64,000 nucleotides of DNA from a virus. Taxonomy: Duplodnaviria; Caudoviricetes. Position numbers and translations under genes: made by a program. The stretch is from IMG/VR virus record IMGVR_UViG_3300046804_003398. One strand, given 5' to 3'. The notes beneath the pieces were generated by a model. That model made no database searches, was not told the DNA's origin, and worked only from the letters and a program-made list of their open reading frames with translations. This document shows, piece by piece, positions 1 to 9,624 of this stretch (position 1 is the stretch's first letter; every line of letters begins with the position of its first letter).

Positions 1-27
1 ACTTCATCATAAAAAGTATTACAACGG

Positions 28-702
28 TTAGGACAGTGAAAAGTTGTTTTGATGAACAATCTTTGGTTTTACATCAGGTCTACTGTGCCATTTTTCTGGA
101 TCTGGATACGCATAACCAGATGACAACAATTTAACGGGTTTGTTCAAGAGAAATTTGTTCATATAAGATTCATCAAACCACTTAGCAATGTATCGAATCT
201 TAAGATCTTGTTTTATCATCTCGTTAATCTCAGTCGCCATCTCCAACACACTGTTTGTATATCCACCAAAGAAACAAGCTTGTAGATAATGGTTATTGCC
301 ACTGTCCAACACATACGCCGTCGATGATGGGTTGGTATCATACTGTTCACTATTGTATGATTGCCATGGATGTTTTGTTACAACGATTGGAGTATCTGTG
401 GTTGGAAATACTTCCTCGTCTATATCATCAACAACAATACAATCGCCATCGATAAAGTATAACAAATCAAAATTTCTAAGTATGTGTTGTTTTTGAACCA
501 GTAGATTAAACTTCATTAATGTTATCAATGGAGATGGTAAATGTGATGTATGAAACACCTCACTGTGTGACGATAAAGCATCAGTGTATACAAAATTGTG
601 AACAGAGTATTTTGTTAAAAAATGTGTATCTATTGATTTACGTAATGCCGGGTATTTGTCCCAATAAGCATCTGTGGAAATTGTGCATATAGCAATTTTC
701 AT
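28..702 (-). CDS. GT6-family (ABO/alpha-1,3-Gal/GalNAc-transferase-like) glycosyltransferase
   Basis: IDGDC DxD motif, KHPW, NPSSTAYV, FFGG and AKWFDESYMNK (compare WHDESHLNK in GT6). Confidence 0.8.
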   Translation of the reverse strand: MKIAICTISTDAYWDKYPALRKSIDTHFLTKYSVHNFVYTDALSSHSEVFHTSHLPSPLITLMKFNLLVQKQHILRNFDLLYFIDGDCIVVDDIDEEVFPTTDTPIVVTKHPWQSYNSEQYDTNPSSTAYVLDSGNNHYLQACFFGGYTNSVLEMATEINEMIKQDLKIRYIAKWFDESYMNKFLLNKPVKLLSSGYAYPDPEKWHSRPDVKPKIVHQNNFSLS

Positions 703-772
703 ATTATAATTTTGATTATCAATTTTTGATTGCCGACTTATTGATACATATATACTGGTATTTCACAATAAC

Positions 773-1711
773 ATGAAAGTCAAACTTCTTACATATAATA
801 ATAGAGCAGGCATCGTGATTGATGCGATGTTGTTACAAAACTTGATTCAAAAAAACGTAGCAGAAAATACCGACATTTTGTTCATAGAACATTTGGGTAA
901 AAATTGGGCGGTTCCAAATTATGTTGCTGATGAAACAGGTGATGTTGGTATTTGGATTCAGAACCCAAGATATGATTATCTTCATAATTTCAAGAAAAAC
1001 ATTTGGTTTGTGAATGAAGAGTGGGCTGGCGCTGATGACTTGAAGAAGATTGATCAATTTGACTATATCGTTGTAAAGACTGAATACGCAAGGAAGTTGT
1101 TGGAACCCATAAGACCAGACGTTGTGTGTTTGCCATTAATATCTTATGATTTTTACGACCCATCTATTGTAAAGGAACAAAAGTTTCTTCACTTCAACGG
1201 TAGAGCAATTCAAAAGAACACTGAAGCTATAATGCGTCAAAAGATTCCCATGACTGTTGTGGACACTACAAAACGATTTGTTGCGCCTGGGAACGTAGAC
1301 TACATCACACAATACATGATTAAACGTGATATTAAGAAGATGTTGAACCGTCACTCTGTTCACATATGTCCAAGTTTATACGAAAGTTGGGGACACTATT
1401 TGTATGAAGGATTGTCAACTGGCGCCGAAATCATCTGTAGTGACATACCATCGTTTTCAGAACATTTGGACCCATCACTTGTAAGAATAATCCCTACCGT
1501 CGAAAAGATAGATTTGGACTATCATTATTGTAAAGACAACCTTGAGGGAACATTTCCTCTACGTAAAGCATTCTTTCTTGATGAAGAGAAACTTACAAAC
1601 GCTCTTGAAAACTTTGAACCAATTGGTAGAGAACAAGAACGTCGAGATATGTTCCATGATATTATGTTGAAGAATTCCAATCGACTGATAGACTTTTTTA
1701 AGAACATATGA
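773..1711 (+). CDS. GT4-like (GT-B) glycosyltransferase
   Basis: HICPSLYESWGHYLYEGLSTGAEIICSD carries the E-x7-E motif. Confidence 0.75.
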   Translation: MKVKLLTYNNRAGIVIDAMLLQNLIQKNVAENTDILFIEHLGKNWAVPNYVADETGDVGIWIQNPRYDYLHNFKKNIWFVNEEWAGADDLKKIDQFDYIVVKTEYARKLLEPIRPDVVCLPLISYDFYDPSIVKEQKFLHFNGRAIQKNTEAIMRQKIPMTVVDTTKRFVAPGNVDYITQYMIKRDIKKMLNRHSVHICPSLYESWGHYLYEGLSTGAEIICSDIPSFSEHLDPSLVRIIPTVEKIDLDYHYCKDNLEGTFPLRKAFFLDEEKLTNALENFEPIGREQERRDMFHDIMLKNSNRLIDFFKNI

Positions 1712-2415
1712 AGTTGTGTTACATGTATGATGATGGTTTTTTGCCATTGAGAACTCATTTTCTTGACAATCTAAAAGATACCTTTGAATTGATTGAAAAG
1801 AAGTTAGATACTCCAAAGTTTGAAACAGACTTTCATCAACATAGATTGTTTGGTGGTGGTATTCAAGTTTGGAAAGACAAAGTAAAGTTCTTGTTGGAAA
1901 CCATAGACATATGTGACCCAAACGAATACTTTGTATATTCCGATGTTGATGTGGTATTTTTCAAACCAATCATACCCATATTGAATGAAGTTCTTAACAA
2001 TAAAGATGTGGTGTTCATTAGAGAAATACCACATGGATCTTTGCCACAACAAGGTGGTGATGTAGCAGGTCATTGCAACTTTGGTTTTTGTGTGATCAAG
2101 GCTTGTGATAAATCCAAAAGGTTCTTTCAAGATGTGTTACACATGATTGAGAACACAAAGAACTTCGTAGACTCACATGATCATGCTTTGTGGCCTGATG
2201 GTCTTATGGATCAAACGTGCGTCAACAGAATATTGTTCTCAAATCCAGACTATGATCTTGATTGGGGAACTTTACCTCTTACATTTACAACAACAGCATA
2301 TGAGACATACAATATGATTAACAAAGATACTGTCGCATATCACGCAACATGTGTGATTGAGGTGAACAAAAAGATTGAACTGTTGAACTTGTTTAAACAA
2401 AAGGTGACGGAATGA
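1708..2415 (+). CDS. nucleotide-diphospho-sugar transferase (GT77-like, GT-A)
   Basis: YSDVDVVFF, CNFGF, DQTCVN, YHAT motifs; ATGA overlap with the previous gene. Confidence 0.7.
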   Translation: MKLCYMYDDGFLPLRTHFLDNLKDTFELIEKKLDTPKFETDFHQHRLFGGGIQVWKDKVKFLLETIDICDPNEYFVYSDVDVVFFKPIIPILNEVLNNKDVVFIREIPHGSLPQQGGDVAGHCNFGFCVIKACDKSKRFFQDVLHMIENTKNFVDSHDHALWPDGLMDQTCVNRILFSNPDYDLDWGTLPLTFTTTAYETYNMINKDTVAYHATCVIEVNKKIELLNLFKQKVTE

Positions 2416-3131
2416 ATTTATACTACATGTCAGATCCACTATTTGAGGATCTAAAACAAAACTTCATCAACAGTATAAAAGACAAAGAAAACTTCAATCT
2501 GATTGAAATACCAATTGATACTCCTCAATTTGATGAAGAATGTCCAGAACATTGTAAGTTTGGTGGCGGATTCAATACTTGGCAATCAAAGTTGTCTGGG
2601 ATGATTAATGGTATAAATCAAACCAAAGAAGGTGAATATTTTGTATTTTCAGATGTAGACGTAGTTGTGTATAGACCACTACTATCCGCAATCAATCAAG
2701 TGATCAAAGATCAAGATGTAGTATTTCTACGAGAGTTTTTTGACGATCAAGAAAAACAACGATTGAAAGAATATTACGACAAAACACTTGATGGAAATTA
2801 TGACATGCAGTTAGGAAACATCAATATTGGTTTTAACTTGATAAGATCGTGTGATAAAACACATCGATTCTTTTCAGACATATTAAAGATGATCGTGGAT
2901 ACAGGTTTGTTGGAACAAAGTTTGATCAACAAAACTTTATATTCTCCAAACGATTATGATTTGAAATGGGATTTGTTTCCACCTGAATTCTTTTCAACAT
3001 CAGTTGGATTACATCACATACACAATGAAATAAAAGATGTGGTGTTATATCACGCAAACTGTGCGGTCAAAAAACAAACAAAGCTAGAATACATGTATCA
3101 CATTGATAATGTAATCAACCGACGTTTGTAA
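2412..3131 (+). CDS. nucleotide-diphospho-sugar transferase (GT77-like), paralogue of 1708..2415
   Basis: FSDVDVVVY, NINIGF, EQSLIN, YHANC; shared FGGG..W..K and CDK..RFF segments. Confidence 0.7.
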   Translation: MNLYYMSDPLFEDLKQNFINSIKDKENFNLIEIPIDTPQFDEECPEHCKFGGGFNTWQSKLSGMINGINQTKEGEYFVFSDVDVVVYRPLLSAINQVIKDQDVVFLREFFDDQEKQRLKEYYDKTLDGNYDMQLGNINIGFNLIRSCDKTHRFFSDILKMIVDTGLLEQSLINKTLYSPNDYDLKWDLFPPEFFSTSVGLHHIHNEIKDVVLYHANCAVKKQTKLEYMYHIDNVINRRL

Positions 3132-4209
3132 ATCGGTGCATAGCTTGTCCGATTGCCTGGTGCATATCAAAATACTGATAACATGCCAATCGACCACCCA
3201 GTATCATATTTGGAAAATGTTCTGCACATTCATTCTTATAATGTGTGTATAGACTGTGGTTTTTTTCGTCATTGATTGGGTAATATTTTTCCAACGATCT
3301 ATTCCATGTCTGAGGATACTCACGGGTGATTATAGTGGTCTTCGATTGTGTTTGTTCAAAGTGTTTATGTTCTACTATACGAGTGTATGGAACACTTTGT
3401 TCAGTATAGTTCATTATGGCATTACCTTGATAATCAGAATCAAATACTTCTGATATGTCGAATCTAAGACTTCTGTATTCCAACTCACCCTTGTTATATC
3501 CAAACAGTTCATCCAACGCACCAGTGTATACCACTTTGTTTGCTTTACTAGACCAATACTCAAGGTCTTTTAGAAAGTCTACACCAGTTTCAATTGGTAT
3601 GTCTTTCATCATGTTTTTTATCATCTGAGTATATCCTCCAATCGGAATACCTTGATATGTGTCGTTGTAATAGTTATCGTCATACGTCAGTCTGATTGGC
3701 AAACGTTTGATGATAAACGATGGCAATTCTTTTGGATCTCTACCCCATTGTTTTGTGGTGTATCCTTTTATAAACGTATGATACAAGTCTTCACCCACTT
3801 GACTCAGAATCCACTCTTCCAAGTTCTGTGGGTTCTCAATTTTAACTCGCACAGATTCTAGTTTACTTTTTGCTTCACTTGGTGTTTGACATCCCCACAG
3901 TTGGTAAAGAGTAAACATATTAATTGGAAACGAATATATGTTATTCTTGTATTTCACCTTTGGTCTGTTGACAAAGTTGTTGAACGTTGCAAACTTGTTG
4001 ACGTAATCCCATATTTCTTTATTTGATGTATGAAATATGTGCGGACCATACACATGAACGTTGATGTTCTGTATTCTGTCGGTGTAACAATTACCAGCAA
4101 CGTGTGGTCTTTTTTCCAAGATCAAACACGATTTACCGGCTTCTTTTGCGAGATTGGCAAACGTGGCACCAAACAAACCACTGCCAACAATCAAATAATC
4201 ATACTTCAT
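3115..4209 (-). CDS. glf: UDP-galactopyranose mutase
   Basis: FAD motif IVGSGLFG, AGNCY, HVYGPHIFHT, YTTKQWG, YQGIP, RIVEHKHF, YYPIND, GRLACYQYFDMHQAI. Confidence 0.97.
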   Translation of the reverse strand: MKYDYLIVGSGLFGATFANLAKEAGKSCLILEKRPHVAGNCYTDRIQNINVHVYGPHIFHTSNKEIWDYVNKFATFNNFVNRPKVKYKNNIYSFPINMFTLYQLWGCQTPSEAKSKLESVRVKIENPQNLEEWILSQVGEDLYHTFIKGYTTKQWGRDPKELPSFIIKRLPIRLTYDDNYYNDTYQGIPIGGYTQMIKNMMKDIPIETGVDFLKDLEYWSSKANKVVYTGALDELFGYNKGELEYRSLRFDISEVFDSDYQGNAIMNYTEQSVPYTRIVEHKHFEQTQSKTTIITREYPQTWNRSLEKYYPINDEKNHSLYTHYKNECAEHFPNMILGGRLACYQYFDMHQAIGQAMHRFTNVG

Positions 4210-4951
4210 GGAATTTATATTCTAGTCTATCTGAGAAAGTGGGAGGCATGTAGTTTGTAAATTCATGACTCTTGTAAATTTCTTCGTTGTATGATGCTCC
4301 CAACACACCAATATGATTTAACCTAGAAAGTCTTGGAGTCACCGTTTTAATTTTATCCAAATAATGAGGAAGTAGATGTTCAGAAAAACACCATACATGT
4401 GGCCATTTCTTCATACAATCAAACCACATTTTTCTGGTGCAAAGATACCCCCATGTAGCAAAGTAAACCATGCCTGTTCTAACCGGATGAAAGTTGTTTT
4501 TGATTTCCAACACATCTTTACCATCGTCACTTTGTGGAGGATCAACCAAGTTGTCTTTGTTCAAGTAAGTCAAAATCGTATTGTTATCATAATACTGTGA
4601 GTTGACATAGAACTTGGTAATGTCATACATGTCATTAGACATCACACAATCATCCTCGGTGTAAATCACATGTTCCAAGTTTAGTATCTCAAAACTGTAG
4701 TAGAGTGTCATGTATTGGTTCAACAACAGTCCATATTTGTATGGATTAACCATTATGCGTATGTTTGGATACAATCTCAACTTTGTGAGTAGATCAAAAT
4801 TCATTGCGTCTGGTTCAACCAAAAACACGAAATTCATTTTGTCAAAATCACGTTGTGCCAAACAAGAATTTATGTATGTTTGAAAATATTCAAGACGATG
4901 TGGCTTTCCTAAATAAACTGGGGCAACTATGGTAACATCATTCATACTCAT
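4199..4951 (-). CDS. GT-A fold glycosyltransferase (GT2/GT13-like)
   Basis: IYTEDDC, FATWGY, SRLNHIGVLG motifs. Confidence 0.6.
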   Translation of the reverse strand: MSMNDVTIVAPVYLGKPHRLEYFQTYINSCLAQRDFDKMNFVFLVEPDAMNFDLLTKLRLYPNIRIMVNPYKYGLLLNQYMTLYYSFEILNLEHVIYTEDDCVMSNDMYDITKFYVNSQYYDNNTILTYLNKDNLVDPPQSDDGKDVLEIKNNFHPVRTGMVYFATWGYLCTRKMWFDCMKKWPHVWCFSEHLLPHYLDKIKTVTPRLSRLNHIGVLGASYNEEIYKSHEFTNYMPPTFSDRLEYKFHEV

Positions 4952-5011
4952 ATATATCTACGTCGATTATTATACATTGCGCAATACAAGACAAAACTCT
5001 ATATATAATTA

Positions 5012-5836
5012 ATGAAACTAATCACGTTCATCAACTTTGCTTATATAGATATTTGTTATAATTTGTATCTTCAACTCAAACGGTTTTCCCGTCATACCGA
5101 TCTGGTTGTGTTTTGCACCGATGAGAATACATATAACTCAATGACATCCAAAAATCTGGAATGTGACATACAACTATACAAACCAGTTTTGTTTGCAAAC
5201 ATATCGGATAAACTAAAACGTCATTTGGATAACACCGATCTCGCCGCAACATATAAACGAAGCGAATCATACTCAGTATATCAGTTTTTAAAGCATGATG
5301 TAGTTTACCAAACACTGTTGAACAATGATCGGGTGTGTCTGATTGATTCAGATTTGATAATCTTCGAAGATTTTGTTGATGAATTGATATACTGGATGGA
5401 TAACGACAACAAGTTTTATCATACAGAACCAGCTACATTTGGATTCAAGTATTATTTGCAAATAAGAACCGGCGTCGATCCACTCAAAAAAGAACATTTA
5501 TATCAATGGATTGGACGAGAGAAAACCATAAATACTGGGTTCATGTATGTTAGACGATCTGATGCTTCGTTTCATCACATCCAAAACTACAGTAATCTAT
5601 TTCTGCCACATTTTGACCACTTGAATAATTTGGATGAACATATAATGACCGAGTATTTCAGAAACATCATTGAGAATACGGTTGATATAAAAGATCAAAT
5701 TAACCTACTAAGTGATGTAGGGGTAAATTATACCTACGAACAAGTGTTGAGAATCAAACCAAAAACATATCACCCAACATTCACTGGTGACAAAATTGAG
5801 TTCATGAAAAACTGCAATCAGTGGTTTGTCGAATAA
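5012..5836 (+). CDS. nucleotide-diphospho-sugar transferase (GT77-like)
   Basis: LKHDVV, LIDSDL, INTGFMYVR, C-terminal HPTF..DKIEFMK..QWF. Confidence 0.7.
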   Translation: MKLITFINFAYIDICYNLYLQLKRFSRHTDLVVFCTDENTYNSMTSKNLECDIQLYKPVLFANISDKLKRHLDNTDLAATYKRSESYSVYQFLKHDVVYQTLLNNDRVCLIDSDLIIFEDFVDELIYWMDNDNKFYHTEPATFGFKYYLQIRTGVDPLKKEHLYQWIGREKTINTGFMYVRRSDASFHHIQNYSNLFLPHFDHLNNLDEHIMTEYFRNIIENTVDIKDQINLLSDVGVNYTYEQVLRIKPKTYHPTFTGDKIEFMKNCNQWFVE

Positions 5837-6438
5837 TTCCAAATCAACGGCCAAAGTCTTTCATATACCCAAGGAGTTGTTGGCAGATTGTTTGTAAACA
5901 CATCATACGAATGTTTCCACCAATCCAAACTCTTTGAAAGGATTTTGTGTTTTGGAACGATGTATTGTGCTCCGGCGGAAAACGTGAATGTAGTGGTTTT
6001 ATCAAATGTGCAGTTCTCAAACAAAAGCTTTGAGATTTTGATCATAGGTAGAAAACATCCATGGCCTGGTCCACCGTCATAATTTTTTGTTACTGGACCC
6101 CAATTGCTGCCCAACCAAACAACGTCATCGACATCACGTTTTTCATCAATCAATTTCAATACATCCCAACAATGATCAAATGGATCGCCTTGAAGAAACA
6201 CAAGTTCGTCGCTCAAGTTGTGATAATTGTTGACGATGTGATACAACATACTGTCTGCTTCTCGACCGACGTTTGGCAATGTTTTAAACTCATACGGCAA
6301 CAACGGAAACCCTTTGTTGTAAATAACCACATCATCCTTGACTTTTTCAACCCAACTCAAGTTTTCGTCAAATCTGGTTATTACCAAAGTCCGCATTTTA
6401 GTGGATGATGAACGGTTGATTCTTAATTCTTTCAACAA
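5818..6438 (-). CDS. DUF3431-family protein
   Basis: ENLSWV, LPNVGREADSMLYHIVNNY, FLQGDPFDH, GAQYIV, YERLW. Confidence 0.8.
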   Translation of the reverse strand: MLKELRINRSSSTKMRTLVITRFDENLSWVEKVKDDVVIYNKGFPLLPYEFKTLPNVGREADSMLYHIVNNYHNLSDELVFLQGDPFDHCWDVLKLIDEKRDVDDVVWLGSNWGPVTKNYDGGPGHGCFLPMIKISKLLFENCTFDKTTTFTFSAGAQYIVPKHKILSKSLDWWKHSYDVFTNNLPTTPWVYERLWPLIWNYSTNH

Positions 6439-7291
6439 AAGTCAATTTGTCGATGCTCATCTTTACAGCAGAACAATCATTTAATCCACCATAAATGTGA
6501 ATCGACTTGTCATCTGTTACAACATTCATTGGAAAGATCACTTCATATTTGATTGCATTTCTATGAGTTGTGTTTCTCCATGACCACAGACGATTCAATA
6601 CATAGGAACTTGAATAGTTTCTATCTGATACCAATAATGGATTTAGACAGTATCCGACTGGTGTAACGTCATTCTTCACTTTCATAACACCAATGAAGTA
6701 TCTCATTATTGCTGGTCCAAAGTAAACATAACTATGATACAACAAGAACTTTTCACCATGAACATCAAATACGTTGGTGCTTAATCCTGGGTTACCATAC
6801 TTCTCAATCCATGGCTTCCAGTTGATTTTCTTGACAAATACTTCTTGTTCAGACGAATCCATTATTGTGTATGGATTAACGTGGTAGATTATGTAGTTGT
6901 TGTGAAACTGCCAATGTTTCTCAAAATGTGCTCGACGGGTTATGTAGTGGTAGAGTTTCTTTGTTTCAAGATTGTATCTCTTGAAATGAACACCCTCAAG
7001 TTTGGCAAGATCTTCAATATCAAATTTGGCAACACATACACCAATGTTTTTGTCATCGATCCATCTTGCATCTTCAAAACTGTAGTGATACTCTTCATCC
7101 GCATAATTTTGAAGTATGATCGCACCGTCTTGATCAACAATATCACAAGCATGAAAGTCTCTGCTTATTTTGTGTTCTTTACGAAATATGGTTCGACCGT
7201 TCAAGTGCGAACAGTTAAAATAATTGTTGGTGCCGTCAAACTGTTTCAACAATTCAACTTCAAGTTCCTCAAATGCAAAAATTGGACTCAT
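6398..7291 (-). CDS. putative beta-propeller glycoside hydrolase/phosphorylase (GH130/GH43-like)
   Basis: FEDARW, FEKHW, LLYHS, VIFPM, YGGLND motifs resemble 5-bladed propeller glycosidases. Confidence 0.45.
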   Translation of the reverse strand: MSPIFAFEELEVELLKQFDGTNNYFNCSHLNGRTIFRKEHKISRDFHACDIVDQDGAIILQNYADEEYHYSFEDARWIDDKNIGVCVAKFDIEDLAKLEGVHFKRYNLETKKLYHYITRRAHFEKHWQFHNNYIIYHVNPYTIMDSSEQEVFVKKINWKPWIEKYGNPGLSTNVFDVHGEKFLLYHSYVYFGPAIMRYFIGVMKVKNDVTPVGYCLNPLLVSDRNYSSSYVLNRLWSWRNTTHRNAIKYEVIFPMNVVTDDKSIHIYGGLNDCSAVKMSIDKLTFVERIKNQPFIIH

Positions 7292-7292
7292 A

Positions 7293-8447
7293 TCAATTTA
7301 ATCTATGGTGATGTTTAACGTATTTGTATGTAAAACGTATATACTTACTCATATTAAACTCCGATTTGACTCGTTCATAACCATAGTATTTAACTAGTAA
7401 GTATACATAGTTTTTCAAAGACTTTCTGTGTTTTATATATTGTTCAAACCCAAGAATATCAATATATTGTTGTTTGAATGTTTTTATAAATGCGAGTCCC
7501 AAAATATATGTTGATAAATGATGAGCATAGTGACCATGATCATTTGATGCAAATAATAACCGTTCATATCTTTCTCGGTTGTCATGGTCATTATGTTCTA
7601 GGTATTGAAACAGTGCGGTATTGAAATAATGAATGTATTGGTCCCCGTCCTTGTGTTTATTGTAAAACTCATGTATTTTATTCATACCTTGAAACCGCCA
7701 ATAGTCGGCATATGAATTTTCTTGATAAAACTCCAGTCTTATTTCTGGATGTAAATAACACATCATGGAGAAAAACTCAAATGTATCAAAATTAACTTCT
7801 CGTCTGAATGTAAGTTGTGGACAGTCAAATGGTGGCGTAAACTTGATATCTTTGTCAAACTTCATATAGTCAACAGACCACCAATCCCAATGTTCTTGTA
7901 TTGACTTGTTGAAGAACATAACACTTTCTTTGCCTGGTCCATCAACATCTGGAACATATGGAAACACTTTGAGTCTGTCAAATAAATCAAAGTTGTTTGG
8001 AGTAATGTTGTTCATACCACACACAATATGAACTTGATTGAGTTTATCAAACCAACTATAAAACAGTTCTCTATCAAAAACAAATGCGTCCTCTTCAAAG
8101 ACAACCATGTGAGGTTCGTTTGATAAAGTCAACAATACATCCATACAAAACCCATGAGTAGCCCATAATAAAGTTCCCCACCAGGCTTTGTAATGTGCTT
8201 CGATCACTACAATTTCTTTGAATAAATGTTGATACGACTGTATGATCTTGTATGAAGAATTTACAATGTAGTCAAATTGTTCGTTGGATATATACTCTCG
8301 TTGGGGATTTAGACAGATGTATAGCTTGTATTGAGGACACAACTTACTAAGTCTGTCTAACGATGCTATCAATGTAATAGGATTACCAAGTGTGGTCAAT
8401 CCTACAGATCTGGACTCATTCGTATCAACATGGTTCATGAATACCAC
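7293..8447 (-). CDS. divergent GT-A glycosyltransferase, paralogue 1
   Basis: HGFCMD, VFEEDAF, PGKES, FDTFEFFS, YIHYFN; close paralogue of 9625..10755. Confidence 0.55.
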   Translation of the reverse strand: MVFMNHVDTNESRSVGLTTLGNPITLIASLDRLSKLCPQYKLYICLNPQREYISNEQFDYIVNSSYKIIQSYQHLFKEIVVIEAHYKAWWGTLLWATHGFCMDVLLTLSNEPHMVVFEEDAFVFDRELFYSWFDKLNQVHIVCGMNNITPNNFDLFDRLKVFPYVPDVDGPGKESVMFFNKSIQEHWDWWSVDYMKFDKDIKFTPPFDCPQLTFRREVNFDTFEFFSMMCYLHPEIRLEFYQENSYADYWRFQGMNKIHEFYNKHKDGDQYIHYFNTALFQYLEHNDHDNRERYERLLFASNDHGHYAHHLSTYILGLAFIKTFKQQYIDILGFEQYIKHRKSLKNYVYLLVKYYGYERVKSEFNMSKYIRFTYKYVKHHHRLN

Positions 8448-8941
8448 AACACCGTTGCCTCATTCTCCTTTGACTCGGCAATAACAGTTTGGTCTGGTTT
8501 CTTGATCTTATACGGAAACAGTCCCATGTCAGCTCTAATGCTGAATTGACGGGTGTCTTGTTCACCACCCCACTTTTTTGATTTATCACATATACCTTCA
8601 GGACGAATTCCATCCACTGGTTCTGGCAAATAATATGGCCAAAATTCAGCCTTGTTGGCAATTACAATTTCATGATGACCTCTTGGTCTAGGACTGTAAT
8701 TAAGACTGGAAAGTATTTGTTCTGCCTTTGACCAATCGGTAACGTTCAGAAAACATATATCAAACTCATATGTTCCTACCTTGGATAAGTCATTTTCTAC
8801 ATACACATTGGTGAAAAGTTGTTTCCACATTTGTGACGACAATTTTCCAGTGTCATTTATTTCCAAAACTACGAGGTTTGCTACATCTTTGTAGTTTGCG
8901 TATACCTTGTAGATATCAAAGAATAATCTTGGGCTGTTCAT
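8435..8941 (-). CDS. hypothetical protein, possibly a degenerate methyltransferase-like fold
   Basis: Overlaps both neighbours in the operon; LVVLEINDTG and FDICFL weakly recall SAM motifs I and IV. Confidence 0.4.
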   Translation of the reverse strand: MNSPRLFFDIYKVYANYKDVANLVVLEINDTGKLSSQMWKQLFTNVYVENDLSKVGTYEFDICFLNVTDWSKAEQILSSLNYSPRPRGHHEIVIANKAEFWPYYLPEPVDGIRPEGICDKSKKWGGEQDTRQFSIRADMGLFPYKIKKPDQTVIAESKENEATVLWYS

Positions 8942-9608
8942 TTTTTTTATAACAAATTGTTAGTGATGGGTAATTTTCTATCACAAAGAAATCATAAAGT
9001 CGAGTCATTTCTTCTTTTTCAAGAATTGGAGCAATAGGAACACAGTCATAGTCAATCATCCACGGAATGTTGTCTCTGGACTTGCTTCCACCTTCAAATA
9101 AAATGATGCCGTCATCTTTCATCTTGGAATGATACTCCAATAACAACTTCTCGATTTTATCGCCTGTGTTTGAAATATCAATGTGGAGAAGGTCAATAGA
9201 CTTGTCATCAAAATTTAGATCTAAATTCAGTGCGTCACCTTTGTGAAGATATACACACTTGTCCATACCCCACTTTTCCAATTTAGACTTGATATCATCA
9301 TATCTAGCATGATTATACGGATAGTCTTCAAACAGATCAATAGCAATAATCTTACCTTTTCTGTTTTCAACACACCCTCTTGCAAAACTAAACAATGAGT
9401 AACCTTCCAAAATTCCCATCTCAACAATTAAGTCTGGTTTTTTGTTGATTACTAGTTGATAGAATTTGACCCAGTAGTTGTGTTTTTGATAAGACGATTT
9501 GAGTGACTTGACAAAAGTAAAAAACATTGCTGCAAACGCAGATGCACTGGCACTTACAGCATATTCTTTATAGTCAAAAATTAGATTCAAAATATAACTC
9601 GCTTCCAT
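8916..9608 (-). CDS. class I SAM-dependent methyltransferase (Methyltransf_24-like)
   Basis: LIVEMGILEGYS, IIAIDLF, IDLLHID, GIILFEGG. Confidence 0.8.
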   Translation of the reverse strand: MEASYILNLIFDYKEYAVSASASAFAAMFFTFVKSLKSSYQKHNYWVKFYQLVINKKPDLIVEMGILEGYSLFSFARGCVENRKGKIIAIDLFEDYPYNHARYDDIKSKLEKWGMDKCVYLHKGDALNLDLNFDDKSIDLLHIDISNTGDKIEKLLLEYHSKMKDDGIILFEGGSKSRDNIPWMIDYDCVPIAPILEKEEMTRLYDFFVIENYPSLTICYKKNEQPKIIL

Positions 9609-9624
9609 AAAAATATATAGATTT

